A stretch of DNA of 62,676 bases, counting the filler, from Nemertoderma westbladi (Eukaryota > Animalia > Xenacoelomorpha), in the NCBI GenBank assembly GCA_032718475.1. It is 3 parts of 3 records of this genome, joined end to end, with 100 filler letters (N's around TTAATTAATTAA, not from the genome) between each part and the next. Parts side by side here need not be neighbours in the genome. Positions count along the whole stretch, not along the records: positions 29,899 to 56,110 come from JAUCBJ010002585.1; positions 56,211 to 62,676 come from JAUCBJ010000604.1; 1 more part is not named here. One strand, 5' to 3'. Both the position numbers and the translations under genes were made by a program. The first letter of the stretch is position 1. Each line of letters starts with the position of its first letter. This document shows, piece after piece, positions 47,419-60,855 of the stretch. The notes beneath the pieces are model-generated. The model saw only the letters and a program-made list of their open reading frames with translations, was not told the origin of the DNA and ran no database searches.

Positions 47419-50400
47419 ACAGGGCGGCACTGTGTGGATACCATATCGGTAGTCAGACTAGGCAGGTACAGTGACAGGGCGGCACTGTGTGGATAGTCAG
47501 ACTCGGTACAGTGACAGGGCGGCACTGTGTGGATAGTCAGACTCGGTACAGTGACAGGGCGGCACTGTGTGGATAGCCAGACTCGGTACAGTGACAGGGC
47601 GGCACTGTGTGGATAGCCAGACTCGGTACAGTGACAGGGCGGCACTGTGTGGATAGTCAGACTCGGTACAGTGACAGGGCGGCACTGTGTGGATAGTCAG
47701 ACTCGGTACAGTGACAGGGCGGCACTGTGTGGATAGCCAGACTCGGTACAGTGACAGGGCGGCACTGTGTGGATAGTCAGACTCGGTACAGTGACAGGGC
47801 GGCACTGTGTGGATAGCCAGACTCGGTACAGTGACAGGGCGGCACTGTGTGGATAGCCAGACTCGGTACAGTGACAGGGCGGCACTGTGTGGATAGTCAG
47901 ACTCGGTACAGTGACAGGGCGGCACTGTGTGGATAGTCAGACTCGGTACAGTGACAGGGCGGCACTGTGTGGATAGTCAGACTCGGTACAGTGACAGGGC
48001 GGCACTGTGTGGATAGCCAGACTCGGTACAGTGACAGGGCGGCACTGTGTGGATAGTCAGACTCGGTACAGTGACAGGGCGGCACTGTGTGGATAGCCAG
48101 ACTCGGTACAGTGACAGGGCGGCACTGTGTGGATAGTCAGACTCGGTACAGTGACAGGGCGGCACTGTGTGGATAGCCAGACTCGGTACAGTGACAGGGC
48201 GGCACTGTGTGGATAGCCAGACTCGGTACAGTGACAGGGCGGCACTGTGTGGATAGTCAGACTCGGTACAGTGACAGGGCGGCACTGTGTGGATAGCCAG
48301 ACTCGGTACAGTGACAGGGCGGCACTGTGTGGATAGTCAGACTCGGTACAGTGACAGGGCGGCACTGTGTGGATAGCCAGACTCGGTACAGTGACAGGGC
48401 GGCACTGTGTGGATAGCCAGACTCGGTACAGTGACAGGGCGGCACTGTGTGGATAGTCAGACTCGGTACAGTGACAGGGCGGCACTGTGTGGATAGTCAG
48501 ACTCGGTACAGTGACAGGGCGGCACTGTGTGGATAGCCAGACTCGGTACAGTGACAGGGCGGCACTGTGTGGATAGTCAGACTCGGTACAGTGACAGGGC
48601 GGCACTGTGTGGATAGCCAGACTCGGTACAGTGACAGGGCGGCACTGTGTGGATAGCCAGACTCGGTACAGTGACAGGGCGGCACTGTGTGGATAGTCAG
48701 ACTCGGTACAGTGACAGGGCGGCACTGTGTGGATAGTCAGACTCGGTACAGTGACAGGGCGGCACTGTGTGGATAGTCAGACTCGGTACAGTGACAGGGC
48801 GGCACTGTGTGGATAGCCAGACTCGGTACAGTGACAGGGCGGCACTGTGTGGATAGTCAGACTCGGTACAGTGACAGGGCGGCACTGTGTGGATAGCCAG
48901 ACTCGGTACAGTGACAGGGCGGCACTGTGTGGATAGTCAGACTCGGTACAGTGACAGGGCGGCACTGTGTGGATAGCCAGACTCGGTACAGTGACAGGGC
49001 GGCACTGTGTGGATAGCCAGACTCGGTACAGTGACAGGGCGGCACTGTGTGGATAGTCAGACTCGGTACAGTGACAGGGCGGCACTGTGTGGATAGCCAG
49101 ACTCGGTACAGTGACAGGGCGGCACTGTGTGGATAGTCAGACTCGGTACAGTGACAGGGCGGCACTGTGTGGATAGCCAGACTCGGTACAGTGACAGGGC
49201 GGCACTGTGTGGATAGTCAGACTCGGTACAGTGACAGGGCGGCACTGTGTGGATAGCCAGACTCGGTACAGTGACAGGGCGGCACTGTGTGGATAGTCAG
49301 ACTCGGTACAGTGACAGGGCGGCACTGTGTGGATAGTCAGACTAGGTACAGTGACAGGGCGGCACTGTGTGGATATTCAGAATAGGTACAGTGACAGGGC
49401 GGCACTGTGTGGATAGTCAGACTCGGTACAGTGACAGGGCGGCACTGTGTGGATAGTCAGACTCGGTACAGTGACAGGGCGGCACTGTGTGGATAGCCAG
49501 ACTCGGTACAGTGACAGGGCGGCACTGTGTGGATAGCCAGACTCGGTACAGTGACAGGGCGGCACTGTGTGGATAGTCAGACTAGGTACAGTGACAGGGC
49601 GGCACTGTGTGGATAGTCAGACTAGGTACAGTGACAGGGCGGCACTGTGTGGATAGCCAGACTCGGTACAGTGACAGGGCGGCACTGTGTGGATAGTCAG
49701 ACTCGGTACAGTGTCAGGGCGGCACTGTGTGGATAGCCAGACTCGGTACAGTGACAGGGCGGCACTGTGTGGATAGTCAGACTCGGTACAGTGACAGGGC
49801 GGCACTGTGTGGATATTCAGAATAGGTACAGTGACAGGGCGGCACTGTGTGGATAGTCAGACTCGGTACAGTGACAGGGCGGCACTGTGTGGATAGCCAG
49901 ACTCGGTACAGTGACAGGGCGGCACTGTGTGGATAGTCAGACTCGGTACAGTGACAGGGCGGCACTGTGTGGATAGTCAGACTCGGTACAGTGACAGGGC
50001 GGCACTGTGTGGATAGCCAGACTCGGTACAGTGACAGGGCGGCACTGTGTGGATAGTCAGACTCGGTACAGTGACAGGGCGGCACTGTGTGGATAGTCAG
50101 ACTCGGTACAGTGACAGGGCGGCACTGTGTGAATAGTCAGACTCGGTACAGTGACAGGGCGGCACTGTGTGGATAGTCAGACTCGGTACAGTGACAGGGC
50201 GGTACTGTGTGGATAGTCAGACTCGGTACAGTGACAGGGCGGCACTGTGTGGATAGTTAGACTCGGTACAGTGACAGGGCGGCACTGTGTGGATAGTTAG
50301 ACTCGGTACAGTGACAGGGCGGCACTGTGTGGATAGTCAGACTCGGTACAGTGACAGGGCGGCACTGTGTGGATAGTCAGACTCGGTACAGTGACAGGGC

Positions 50401-51293
50401 GGCACTGTGTGGATAGTCAGACTCGGTACAGTGACAGGGCGGCACTGTGTGGATAGTCAGACTCGGTACAGTGACAGGGCGGCACTGTGTGGATAGCCAG
50501 ACTCGGTACAGTGACAGGGCGGCACTGTGTAGATAGTCAGACTAGGTACAGTGACAGGGCGGCACTGTGTGGATAGTCAGACTCGGTACAGTGACAGGGC
50601 GGCACTGTGTGGATAGCCAGACTCGGTACAGTGACAGGGCGGCACTGTGTAGATAGTCAGACTAGGTACAGTGACAGGGCGGCACTGTGTGGATAGCCAG
50701 ACTCGGTACAGTGACAGGGCGGCACTGTGTGGATAGTCAGACTCGGTACAGTGACAGGGCGGCACTGTGTGGATAGTCAGACTCGGTACAGTGACAGGGC
50801 GGCACTGTGTGGATAGTCAGACTCGGTACAGTGACAGGGCGGCACTGTGTGGATAGTCAGACTCGGTACAGTGACAGGGCGGCACTGTGTGGATAGTCAG
50901 ACTCGGTACAGTGACAGGGCGGCACTGTGTGGATAGTCAGACTCGGTACAGTGACAGGGCGGCACTGTGTGGATAGTCAGACTCGGTACAGTGACAGGGC
51001 GGCACTGTGTGGATAGCCAGACTCGGTACAGTGACAGGGCGGCACTGTGTAGATAGTCAGACTAGGTACAGTGACAGGGCGGCACTGTGTGGATACCATA
51101 TCGGTAGTCAGACTAGGTAGGTACAGTGACAGGGCGGCACTGTGTGGATAGTCAGACTCGGTACAGTGACAGGGCGGCACTGTGTGGATATTCAGAATAG
51201 GTACAGTGACAGGGCGGCACTGTTTGGATAGTCAGACTAGGTACAGTGACAGGGCGGCACTGTGTGTATAGTCAGACTAGGTACAGTGACAGG
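47419..51293. repeat. 40-bp satellite (gacagggcggcactgtgtggatag[t/c]cagactcggtacagt), about 97 copies
   Basis: Direct 40-nt periodicity; 55-bp variant units near both ends. Confidence 0.98.
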
Positions 51294-51379
51294 AATTATA
51301 TTATTTGCAGCCGCTGTGACTTTATATTTTTTTTTTATTTATTTGTTTTGTTAATTTTTATATTTATTTATTTTGTTAA

Positions 51380-51620
51380 ACCCTTGTTTGATTCAACAAT
51401 CAGCCAATGGGCTGTCAGTATTTCGGTCTCTCTTCTCAGGTGTGCTATTGGAATGATTTTGGCGATTATATTTCAACTGAACTGGAAATCTCGCTGGGCG
51501 ATAGCATTTGAAACCGGTTTACAAAATGTATATCTCGCATTTTATTGGCTAGTATTAGTAGTTTGATTGGCTAGTATTTTCTGTTCCACTTCTCTCCTTG
51601 TTTACCATGGTCATTGACGT
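51380..51620 (+). pseudogene. SLC10 pseudogene, 3' part
   Basis: W.VSISVSLL.CAIGMILAIIFQLNWKSRWAIAFETGLQNVYLA contains the SLC10 ETG.QN motif, then degenerates. Confidence 0.75.
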
Positions 51621-52051
51621 GGTCGTTAGTTGCTTTAAATATAATGAAATTAAATATGTAATTATATATAACGTATCAAATATACATGAAACTGAAAATA
51701 AAGATGATGTTTTACGGGAAGGGGGTGATTATGATCAAATTAATGAGGGTACACTTTTGACTGTTTTATAAGAATTATATATAATGTTAGATAATATAGA
51801 TAGATATAGTTATTAATAATGTAGAACAATATTTTTATTAAGCTCAAGATATTTTATTTTCCGATTGTTAATAAAGAATGGAGAACATAGTGAAAATATG
51901 TTTAACATCTTTCAACACGTTTGTGGGACTTCGCGCTGGGAAGCAAGCACTTCTACAGTGCGGAGCAATATTTAAACCTCTACCTAGTCGCCTTCTAGCG
52001 GAAGACTGGAAAACTGCATCGTCACCCACGGCAAATTATACTACAAGGCAC

Positions 52052-53580
52052 GTTAACCTGTTCTCCCTGAGGTCTTTAAAATACCTAAAATACCTGAGTG
52101 TTTAAAGCTCATCTATCCCATCATAGTAGACATGTACCGAACAACAAGAGTCCCACAAGAAATGAAAACAAATAAGTTGGTGCCAGTTCCCAAGAAGGGC
52201 AACGAAACACTCTATGGTTCTTTTCGAGGAGTCTCATTGATCTCGATTGCTGCAAAGCTATACAATAGAATTCTATTAAATCGCACCAGGGATCCCATTG
52301 AGAGACTGCTCCGTGGAAATCAGAATGGGTTCCGTAAAGGTCGTGGGACCATGGAGCCCATTTTGGCACTTAGAAGGATAATTGAAGAGTTATCAAAAAA
52401 GAAAGACAGGCATCTGGCTGTTATCTTTGTTGACTTCTTCAAGGCCTTTGATTCAGTCCCTCGCTCACGTATGTTCAGCATACTTTCATTATACGGGATT
52501 CCTGATGAAATTATTGCAGCAATCAGATCAGTATACGATGGTTCGACAACATTTGTGTCTACTGTTGACGGTAACGCAGAACCATTTGAAGTGTTATGGG
52601 GCGTCCTCCAGGGAGACACACTTGCATCATTGTTGTTCATAATTGTGGTTGACTATGTCCTACGCTTGTCCTTAGATCATCATAATGATGATGGGGTGAT
52701 GGTAACTCCACCTACTGGCTCCAGAAGTCGAGGAAATCCTGCCAAGTACCTAACTGATCTAGAATTTGCTGATGACTTAGGAGTACTCTCAGAATCACTA
52801 GAGGGAACCCAACGGCTCCTCAGCTCATTAGAACATGCTGCTTCTAGTGTTGGTCTTTTTATTAACTCCAGAAAGACCACAATTTTGACAGTTAACTTTG
52901 AAAGACCTCAGCAAGTCTCTGATCGGATGAGCATAAGCTCGAAGGATGGTATGCTTGAGCATGTGGACGACTTCTGTTACCTGAGATCATGGATCCGGAA
53001 GTCAGGTGAGGACCTTCGAATACGTAAGGGAAAGGCATGGGCAGCCTTGAATAGGCTTTCCAGGATTTGGAAGTCACCAAGAATTAATCGGAAACTTAAG
53101 GTCCGATTATTTGAGCAGTAGTAGTTCCAGTACTCCTCTATAGGAGTCCATCCTGGGCTCTAACTGCTGAGGACACCAAATCTCTGGATGGCACATTCAC
53201 AAGAATGCTACGCCGGGTTCATTGTGTCAAGTACAATGCACACATCTCCAACCAGACACTATATAACATTGGAGGTGTCTCATTGGTTCCCCCAAGCTTG
53301 ACACTAGAACAAAATCGCCTCCGCTTTGCAGGACATTGTTTTCGCCGTGAGGACCAACCAGTGCATAATCTTGTACTTTGGCAGCCTCATGGAGTGAATA
53401 AGCATGGTGGACAGCTCATGACTTTCTTGAGACGCATCTTAAAGGACACTGGCCTTGAAGATGAGGATGATCTAGCAAATGTCATGGTTGATAGGGAGTT
53501 GTGGCGGCGCAATTTTGTCGACAAGCCGGCACAGTATTCTTAAAAATACAGCTGCAATGCAGCATGCCGATCCTAGTAGT
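52052..53580 (+). mobile_element. 5'-truncated RTE LINE with RT domain, frameshift near 53113
   Basis: FRGVSL, QNGFRKGR, FVDFFKAFDSV, GVLQGD, EFADD; (TAG)n tail; TSD ACAAGGCAC (52043-52051, 53581-53589). Confidence 0.95.
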
Positions 53581-53848
53581 ACAAGGCACCTTCACTTCAC
53601 AAGACTACATGTTTAAAAAACAGTTTAATTAATATCATTAAAGATAGCTATTATCCTTGAAATATTTACGGACGGACAGGCCGACAGATAGGCAGATAGC
53701 AGACAAATAGATAGACTGTCACACCGTCAGCGTGACCGACAGACAGACAGGAAAACAGACAGACAGACCGAAAATAGAGGGAATGGAGAATAGCGTTTTG
53801 AAACAACTCTAGACTAGCCGTATGCTAATCTCACTTACTTCACCACAC

Positions 53849-56110
53849 TGTAAGCGGATTCAATTCCACTTCATTACCCTCCAGAAAATGGGATAAGTGG
53901 CATTTTAGCAATATGTTGGAGATACGAGATTACCAATATTAATCTCGTATCATAACCAACATTGAGGGAGGGCAACACAAGCCCCAAATCCACATAGAAA
54001 GGAAGGTGAGAGGTTAAACCACCTCGGAGGGAACACAGCTAGTAGAGGCTAGCAGCGGGGGGGAAACACTCCCAGAGAGTGCCAAGGTGACAAGTTATAC
54101 ATTTATTATAGGAAGGGATCACAGCTTGCCAACACATTGTTACTATCAATAATAAAAGGTGACAAGTAGTATATTAGCCAATAGAATAGTAGGAAGCACG
54201 TGATAGGGAGCAGGAAAGCATCCATTGGGTAGGAGGCCAAGGTAGAGTAGGAGGTGAAGCAATATTTAGTGTATCAATCATATATTATGTCAGATTCTTG
54301 GATTGGTATATCAGTTGGTTATTCAGTTTAGTGCAGACCGGTAACAATTATTCACCGTCATCGGCACTATCGTACCAGTATCTATTATATCTGTATTTCT
54401 ACCATATTAATTGTGCTATCATTTTATAACATCAAGGGACAACATCAAACTCTTATTGTTTTTCTCCAATGGCCTCGGCCAAGCTGTTAGCACCATCCTA
54501 AGCAGAATGGTGACGTGTAGTACAATTACCCGGTCGGGATCTCTGATCCCGTCACAGTGAATAATTTACCAACTGCTACAACTGTGACTGCGAAGAAGTA
54601 AAGTAAAGATGAGCGAAGGAGAGCCCCGACTATCTGAGGGAGAGAGGACGCCGCCACGGACCCTGGACGATACCAACCAAACGATCCGCGAGGCCGCACG
54701 ACGGTATCGGCCAGCGACGCCGGATTCGCCGATGAGGGACGATCCGGTAGCCCAAGCGGAGGGCGGCCGTCAACCACGAGGGAGGGACGAGTCGACGCAC
54801 GACGGCGGTCGGAGTACCGAAGTCGCCGGCCAGCCACAGGCCGAGGACGTCGGACGGCCCACCGGAACGGCGACGGTGGGGCCGCCGGTACGACGCCGAA
54901 CTAGGAGAGGAGGAGGAGTCGGCGAAGAGGACGTCGGGACGAGTGATCGGCTACGACGGGCCTACAACGCCACCAAGAAGCTACTGAAGGAGGCCAGAGA
55001 GGGAGGAGAAGGTAGACCAGCCTAAGTTACACCAAAGGCTAGGTGAGTCGAATAAACATTTTCGATATTTAGTCCGTTTTGGACAGGGAGAACTGGCGAG
55101 TGAGAGAGCGAGGGGGGTCGCCACCGAACTGTTCGAACTGTGGCGATCCGGGGTTATGGAGCCTGAAGTAGTGTACGTAGGGCCATACTTAGTGGATGCT
55201 AGGGGAATTAAGTTAGTGGGTTGGGCAGATCCGCACGAGGGCGAACCCGAGGTTAACCCCGAGGATTCGGTCTCGTCGGTTAGCGAGAACCCCAGAAAGC
55301 GGGGGAAAGTTAGTAGGACAGAGAGGCGACGGGAGTCCGTCGCGACCGATAAGTCCGCTACATCCTCCGCAAAAGCAAGAAGGGTGTTAGAGATAGATCT
55401 GGCGTGTCAACTAGACATGGTGGCGCTGGATCAGAAAGAGTTGGAGAGGCAGCTGGATGAGGGAACCGCGTTAATAGAGAAAGAGAGAGAGTTAGCGAGA
55501 GAGTGCAAAGAGAGGGCCGAGAGGGTGGCAAGAAACTGTAGAGAGCGGGAGGTGAGGGAGGCAGAATTAGCGAACCAAAGTTTACGAGAGGATAGAGAGA
55601 GAGAGAGAGGCGGGAAAGCGTATGCGGGATGATATGCATGCCCGGTTAAGGGGGCTTATGCAATACCAGGCTAAGCAAAAGCGCCGATTAGAACTGGCGC
55701 AGTTGGGATTATCTGAGAGTGAGGCCTGGTTCGGGTAGTATTTACGAGGAGCCAGAAGTAATGGAAACGTTTGTTAATACCCCACTTACAGGCACCGGAC
55801 GACAGACCCAGGACTGGTGTGACCGTACGGGCGGGGTAACAATAATACGTTAGAAGGCATTAATATTAATAGTACCGTAGTGGACAACCCTAATCAAACT
55901 TTCATTGCAGGAAATAACCTTTTACCCGGCATTAATATTTTAAATCCAAATATACAAAATAATCCAAATTAATCCTAATTTAAGTATACAAAGTAATTCA
56001 AATAATTCTAATTTAAACACGCAGAATATTCTAAATAATAATCCTGATTCAGAACAAAATAATTTAAATGATTTAGATAATAATATTGTTGGTAACGGTG
56101 CTATTAATAC
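53849..56110 (+). mobile_element. 5' part of an LTR retrotransposon (BEL/Pao-like): candidate LTR 53849-54504 and disrupted gag-like ORFs 54609-55632
   Basis: TG..CA-bounded segment, TGG-initiated PBS-like site at 54508, PEDSVS..SSAKARR motif followed by a charged coiled coil. The second LTR is not visible because of the gap. Confidence 0.55.
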
Positions 56111-56210
56111 NNNNNNNNNNNNNNNNNNNNNNNNNNNNNNNNNNNNNNNNNNNNTTAATTAATTAANNNNNNNNNNNNNNNNNNNNNNNNNNNNNNNNNN
56201 NNNNNNNNNN
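56111..56210. other. Assembly gap with artificial TTAATTAATTAA linker
   Basis: Same structure as the first gap. Confidence 0.97.
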
Positions 56211-58110
56211 GTGGTTCTTTGTTTGGCTTGAGCCAATCAGAGCGATTTTTCCTGTCGACGTGTAGCTTTTCAGCCGATCATAAGGAGAGTGTTCTGTCTT
56301 ACTGTTTTTACTTGATACTTTGTTGTTATTGCTGTCTGAGCCAGAAACACCGGCCTTTTGGGAAGAACTCTAGTAAACTGCTTAAATTATCGAAAGTATA
56401 AACTGTTACCTAATTAATCAATCGAATCGAAAGAACTCACTAGCTCACTTAATTTAATTGCATTAATCATATTGTTTGTACTGTTATTTTACCGTCAGTT
56501 ATTAATTGTACCTATTTGTTGATGGAAATATTGCTCTTTGGATAATACGGATAAATCACCCAAATTCCCAATTTTCTTGATACACTACAGGTTAGAGAGA
56601 CCGGCTATACATAACAATTGCGATTTATATTAATGTGGTGTGTATTGAATCCAATGTTATTTAGCAGACCCTGCGTGAGTCAATTGCTGCTCTCTTTATG
56701 TGTGATCAAATATACTGACGGTCGGCAGAATAGTGTGTATGATTGTGATTGGTAACAAAGTATTTCCTAAAGAATACGCTTTATGCTTCAATCATAAGCA
56801 GTATCGTTGCGTTTTAGTATAAGTCTTAGTTCTGTTTAAATAGATAAAGCGCCACGTCCTAAAGGAACTGTTAATATTTCCCGAAAGCCAATAATATCTG
56901 TCAGAGATTAATTATTAACGATCTATCGAATAATACAGTAGGTATACACTGCAACCTTACACTGCAATAATAAAATTTAAGCATCCGAATTCAGTCTCCC
57001 GGGTGTAGATCCATCGGGTGAATGATCGCGCATGGGCTGACTTCGGCTAGTGTTTTGCGTATTAGCATAAAATATTGTCGTATGCTAAAGTGGTTTTTAA
57101 TTAACTAAAAGACATATAAATTTTGGCAGGTTAAACTGCTAAAGGTCTTCAAAAGCGCGAACAGATTCTTTAGAATAAATATAGCTAAATAATTTTTTTG
57201 TGACATCGACATGGTAAATTAATATTACAGTATCAATACTAAAACGTCATAAGGTAAGTTATAATATTTCTTATAAATTGGGTCGCCTTCACGCCTAAAA
57301 TATATTACTTTTAAAACACAATTTTTCTGTTAATACCTGCCTGTGAACAATCCTCTGTGTGCCTTTGGGTTGGGGTGCAGATTGGGGGTTGAAAGCGAGC
57401 AACTTTCCCCTCTTATGATTTATTTGCGGTTTGGTTAATTTCTTAAATACAGATTTTGTGTTAGAATTGCTCAATTTTAAATTGTATCTCATAACTGAGC
57501 CTCGTGGTGCGCGGAGGCCCCACGAACGTGTTCAAATGATTAAAAATCTCAGTAATGAAAAACACTGCCCCGCGTTATTTTAACTACTTTTGGCTTCATT
57601 TAAATATGGCCTAGACCAAAATTCAAAGATGAAGTCAGTGGTGAACTCAAATTTGTTGTGCGACTCAAATTTTTCGAGTTATTGGACATTTCCTTGGCCT
57701 TTGTGATTAGCACAAAATTTCTAAATTTTGACTTTACCAAAACCACATAATTCAACTATATATAGTTTTTGGTTTATGAAGGTTTTTTTTGGTAGCTGAG
57801 TTAAAAAAAATAGGTTTCAAAAGCTTGCGAGTTTCTAATATGTAATTTTTTGAGGTATGCAAAAAGTGGTGGTGTTGCCCCAAATTGTAGTATTTTGCGC
57901 GTGGATAGGCCTACCTGAGCATGAAAAGTTCCTGTGATATGAATATTTTAAAATCAATAAATCTATCCAGAATGGTGAATAGTGTATTCTATCTCATATT
58001 ACAAGTTAATCGATTGAATGAACAAGTTTAGTATAGGTAAGGAATATTATATAATATAATATTATAAAATAGGGGTACTGTAGATGCTAGAATAATTTGA
58101 TATAAAACTA

Positions 58111-60122
58111 TTAAAATATTTCTTCTGGATTAAAAGGTTTAAGGAGTGCTAGAGCCGTTTTTGGAATTGACTTTTGTTTGACATTTCTGTTAATTTTCCT
58201 TAGAGCCGATATCACTGGATCAGATGAACATAAGAGTCTATTTAGTAAGTCGTTGTTTGTGTTTATTCTTGAAGATTTACGAGAAAAATTCTCACGAAAT
58301 CGTTTCATATTTTTGTTTCTCGCTTCCTGGGCCTCCTCACTGTACATGCCAATAGGCAGCGACAGCGCTTCTATTGCCAAATGTCCATGGAGAAGGACCT
58401 TATGAAGCGATTGCGGCATGTAATACCATGGGAACAACTTTACATATTCCCTAGCTGTTTCATAAGCATAATTCCTGAATGCTGAGGGATCCACATCAAA
58501 TCCTGAAGACAAAGTTATCAGAATAATATGAAGTCTCTCAATGAATGATGCATCTATCCCTAATATTTAAGAAGATATTGTTGCGTTCTGGAATACTCTA
58601 CGCGAAGTATTACCGTCATTGGTATTTCCAGAACCTCCTGATTTTGGACGATCAACTATGAGACCGAGTCTATTACGAAATTCTTGTTGAACTCGAATCT
58701 TCTCCTTTTTAATAATCTCCTTTAATGCTTTATTTTTAGTGGACCATTTCTTGATCGGAATCTTATAAGAAATATGAAGTAGGCATTCGAAAATTCGAAT
58801 CCACTGGTGTAGTGTGGAAAGCCCATGGTGGTACATGGATGTATCTAATGTTAGTGAACGTTCTTGTAATTTAGCAATATCATTCATCAGGGATGGTGTT
58901 GCTCCACAGAGAGTACAACTTTGCGAAGATTCAGTCATATCTGATAAGGCCGTATGTATTTTTCCATCGATCATTGTAACTTCAACAATATGTTTTATTC
59001 CCAAAACGTTTCCATTAATATTAACTTGTGTATTGTTAAGGTTCAGAATTTCGTTCTTCAACCGCTCATCTTCTGCAATAATGACGTTTGAAGTTTCCTT
59101 GATGAACTGGAATCGAACAGGGCGACAATACACTGTGGATGACGGATGATTGTTGTGCCAAACAATAACTGTCACATGACTCATAATAGCCTCTCAGTTC
59201 GAGTGGTACTAAACAAGTAACAAATAAACTTGAGTCATCTACGTCATCTTTATTACTTGGCAGTTGCTTGTAGCTGATGGCCACTGCATCCATCAAACCC
59301 TATTTTTGAACGCAGAATTAAACGAAATAATAGAGATTTAGTTAACACTTCTTTACTTATTTCACATATTCGTTTTAAAGTATGATCAAGAACGTTTTGG
59401 ATAGGAATTGATACCTTGTAGTCTTCAACTTGGCGACCTTCCGGATAGCACAGTTCCTTGGCTTTTTGGACGTGGTTGTAAGCCGGATATAAGTTAACTG
59501 ATTTTGACATGGATTGATTACGCAGTAATTGATATGTTGATTTATTAAGTTTTCCATCCATAATTAAGGCAAGAGCTTCATTGGGCGATAATATTGACGA
59601 TGTTTGATCACCAGAATTAGAAGCTTCTGTTTCTGGGATGGATTTAATAATCGATGATGCTCGTTTCTTTCCTTCGTTTCGATAACTGATGCTTCAACTA
59701 ATGCGGAAGTTTCATAGTTCGATTTAATTTCTTACACGACGACGCTTTGTGCGTCCAGAAGCTTCATCGAACTCTAAACTTCGTTTGGCTGTAAAGTTGG
59801 CAGTTCTAATTATTTTGAAAGTTGATGGGATTTCTTGTGGTGTAGTTGGCGGAGGACTACACTCACTTTCACTGATAATACACCCGTCCAACCATTTCGC
59901 GTTCGACTTCTCAAAGAGAATGGAGTATCTCTTACATGCCTTCCATTTCCTTTTGTAAGGAGGCAAGAAAGACTTTAATAGTCGTGATTTAATAATTTCT
60001 TCAGGAGTTGTTACAGGTAATCTCCCTTTCATGAAGTTTAAGAGAAGATCAAGAAATTCAGCCTCATCCAGTTTATGTTTCAGGTTTGCCTGTATAAAGT
60101 CGTAGATTCCCCTCCGTAACAT
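58111..60122 (-). pseudogene. Transib (RAG1-core-like) DDE transposase, disrupted
   Basis: KRKW..C.R..WLD, RTKRRR, YPAY..V.KAK..CYP, KIGFDGCSG (D), TMIDGK (D), C..CGATP, LH.WIR, GNTNDGNTSRR, HKVLLHG, SEEAQEARNK (E), SSDP. In-frame TAA at 58567-58569 and several frameshifts. Confidence 0.93.
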
Positions 60123-60855
60123 TATAGCATTTTTACAATCATTATAATCCTAAGTACAAGTAGACCTATATTAAAACTTCAACACCAAACGGTCAGACAC
60201 CTGTAGACAACAACATATGGATGACAATTTTGAAATTGACATATAGGCCTATTATTTACACGGTTACTTTAAGGCAAAATGTACTCATCTGTTAGTCTGT
60301 AGTGCATTGCAGAATTCAAATATTACAATATTGAAAAATCGTTGTTTGAAAAATGTTTGAATTTCCCCCCTATTGGCAGCTTTTCTTCTGCGATTGGACA
60401 GTTGTATGATTTAGCAACATGAAACAGCATAAATGAATGTGTAGTCTTTTGTAGCTTATTTTTTTTTTAATTCTCAAAGATCTCAATGTAGTATAATTTT
60501 TAATAATTTATGATGTTCTTAAGTACCACATTATAACTGAAAGTATGTATCACAAAACTAATGTTATATTTAGAGTCAGGTCGATGTGTAGAATATTAAA
60601 AAAAAAAGTTTGTTCGATTTGAGCCGATTACTGATTTAAGAAAAAAATATGTATTTTTATTCTTTTTAAATAAAAATTTTAAATATTGTTAACATTTTAC
60701 CTTATTTTATTTATTTTTTTAATGAAAAACGGCAAAAATTAAAAAAAAAAACTTTTTTTCGAGGTTGTACGATATCAGGAACAATATGTAATTAATGAAA
60801 AAAAAAATTATAATACTTTATTTTTTGTTGTTTTGGCCACTCTTGGCCCACTGTG
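58111..60855 (-). mobile_element. Transib transposon; 5' terminus CACAGTG at 60855-60849, other end not located
   Basis: Minus strand reads CACAGTGGGCCAAGAGTGGCCAAAACAACAAAAAA about 730 bp upstream of the transposase and directly abuts RTE sequence. Confidence 0.82.

Noticed and set aside
2623-51293. CRISPR-like arrays
   Set aside because: All arrays are head-to-tail repeats without unique spacers, no cas genes are present, and the context is eukaryotic.
56211-58110. RAG2-like partner gene or the second Transib TIR
   Set aside because: No long ORF, kelch/PHD pattern or CACAGTG-type start was found. 56211-57205 may be an LTR end, but this is unsupported.
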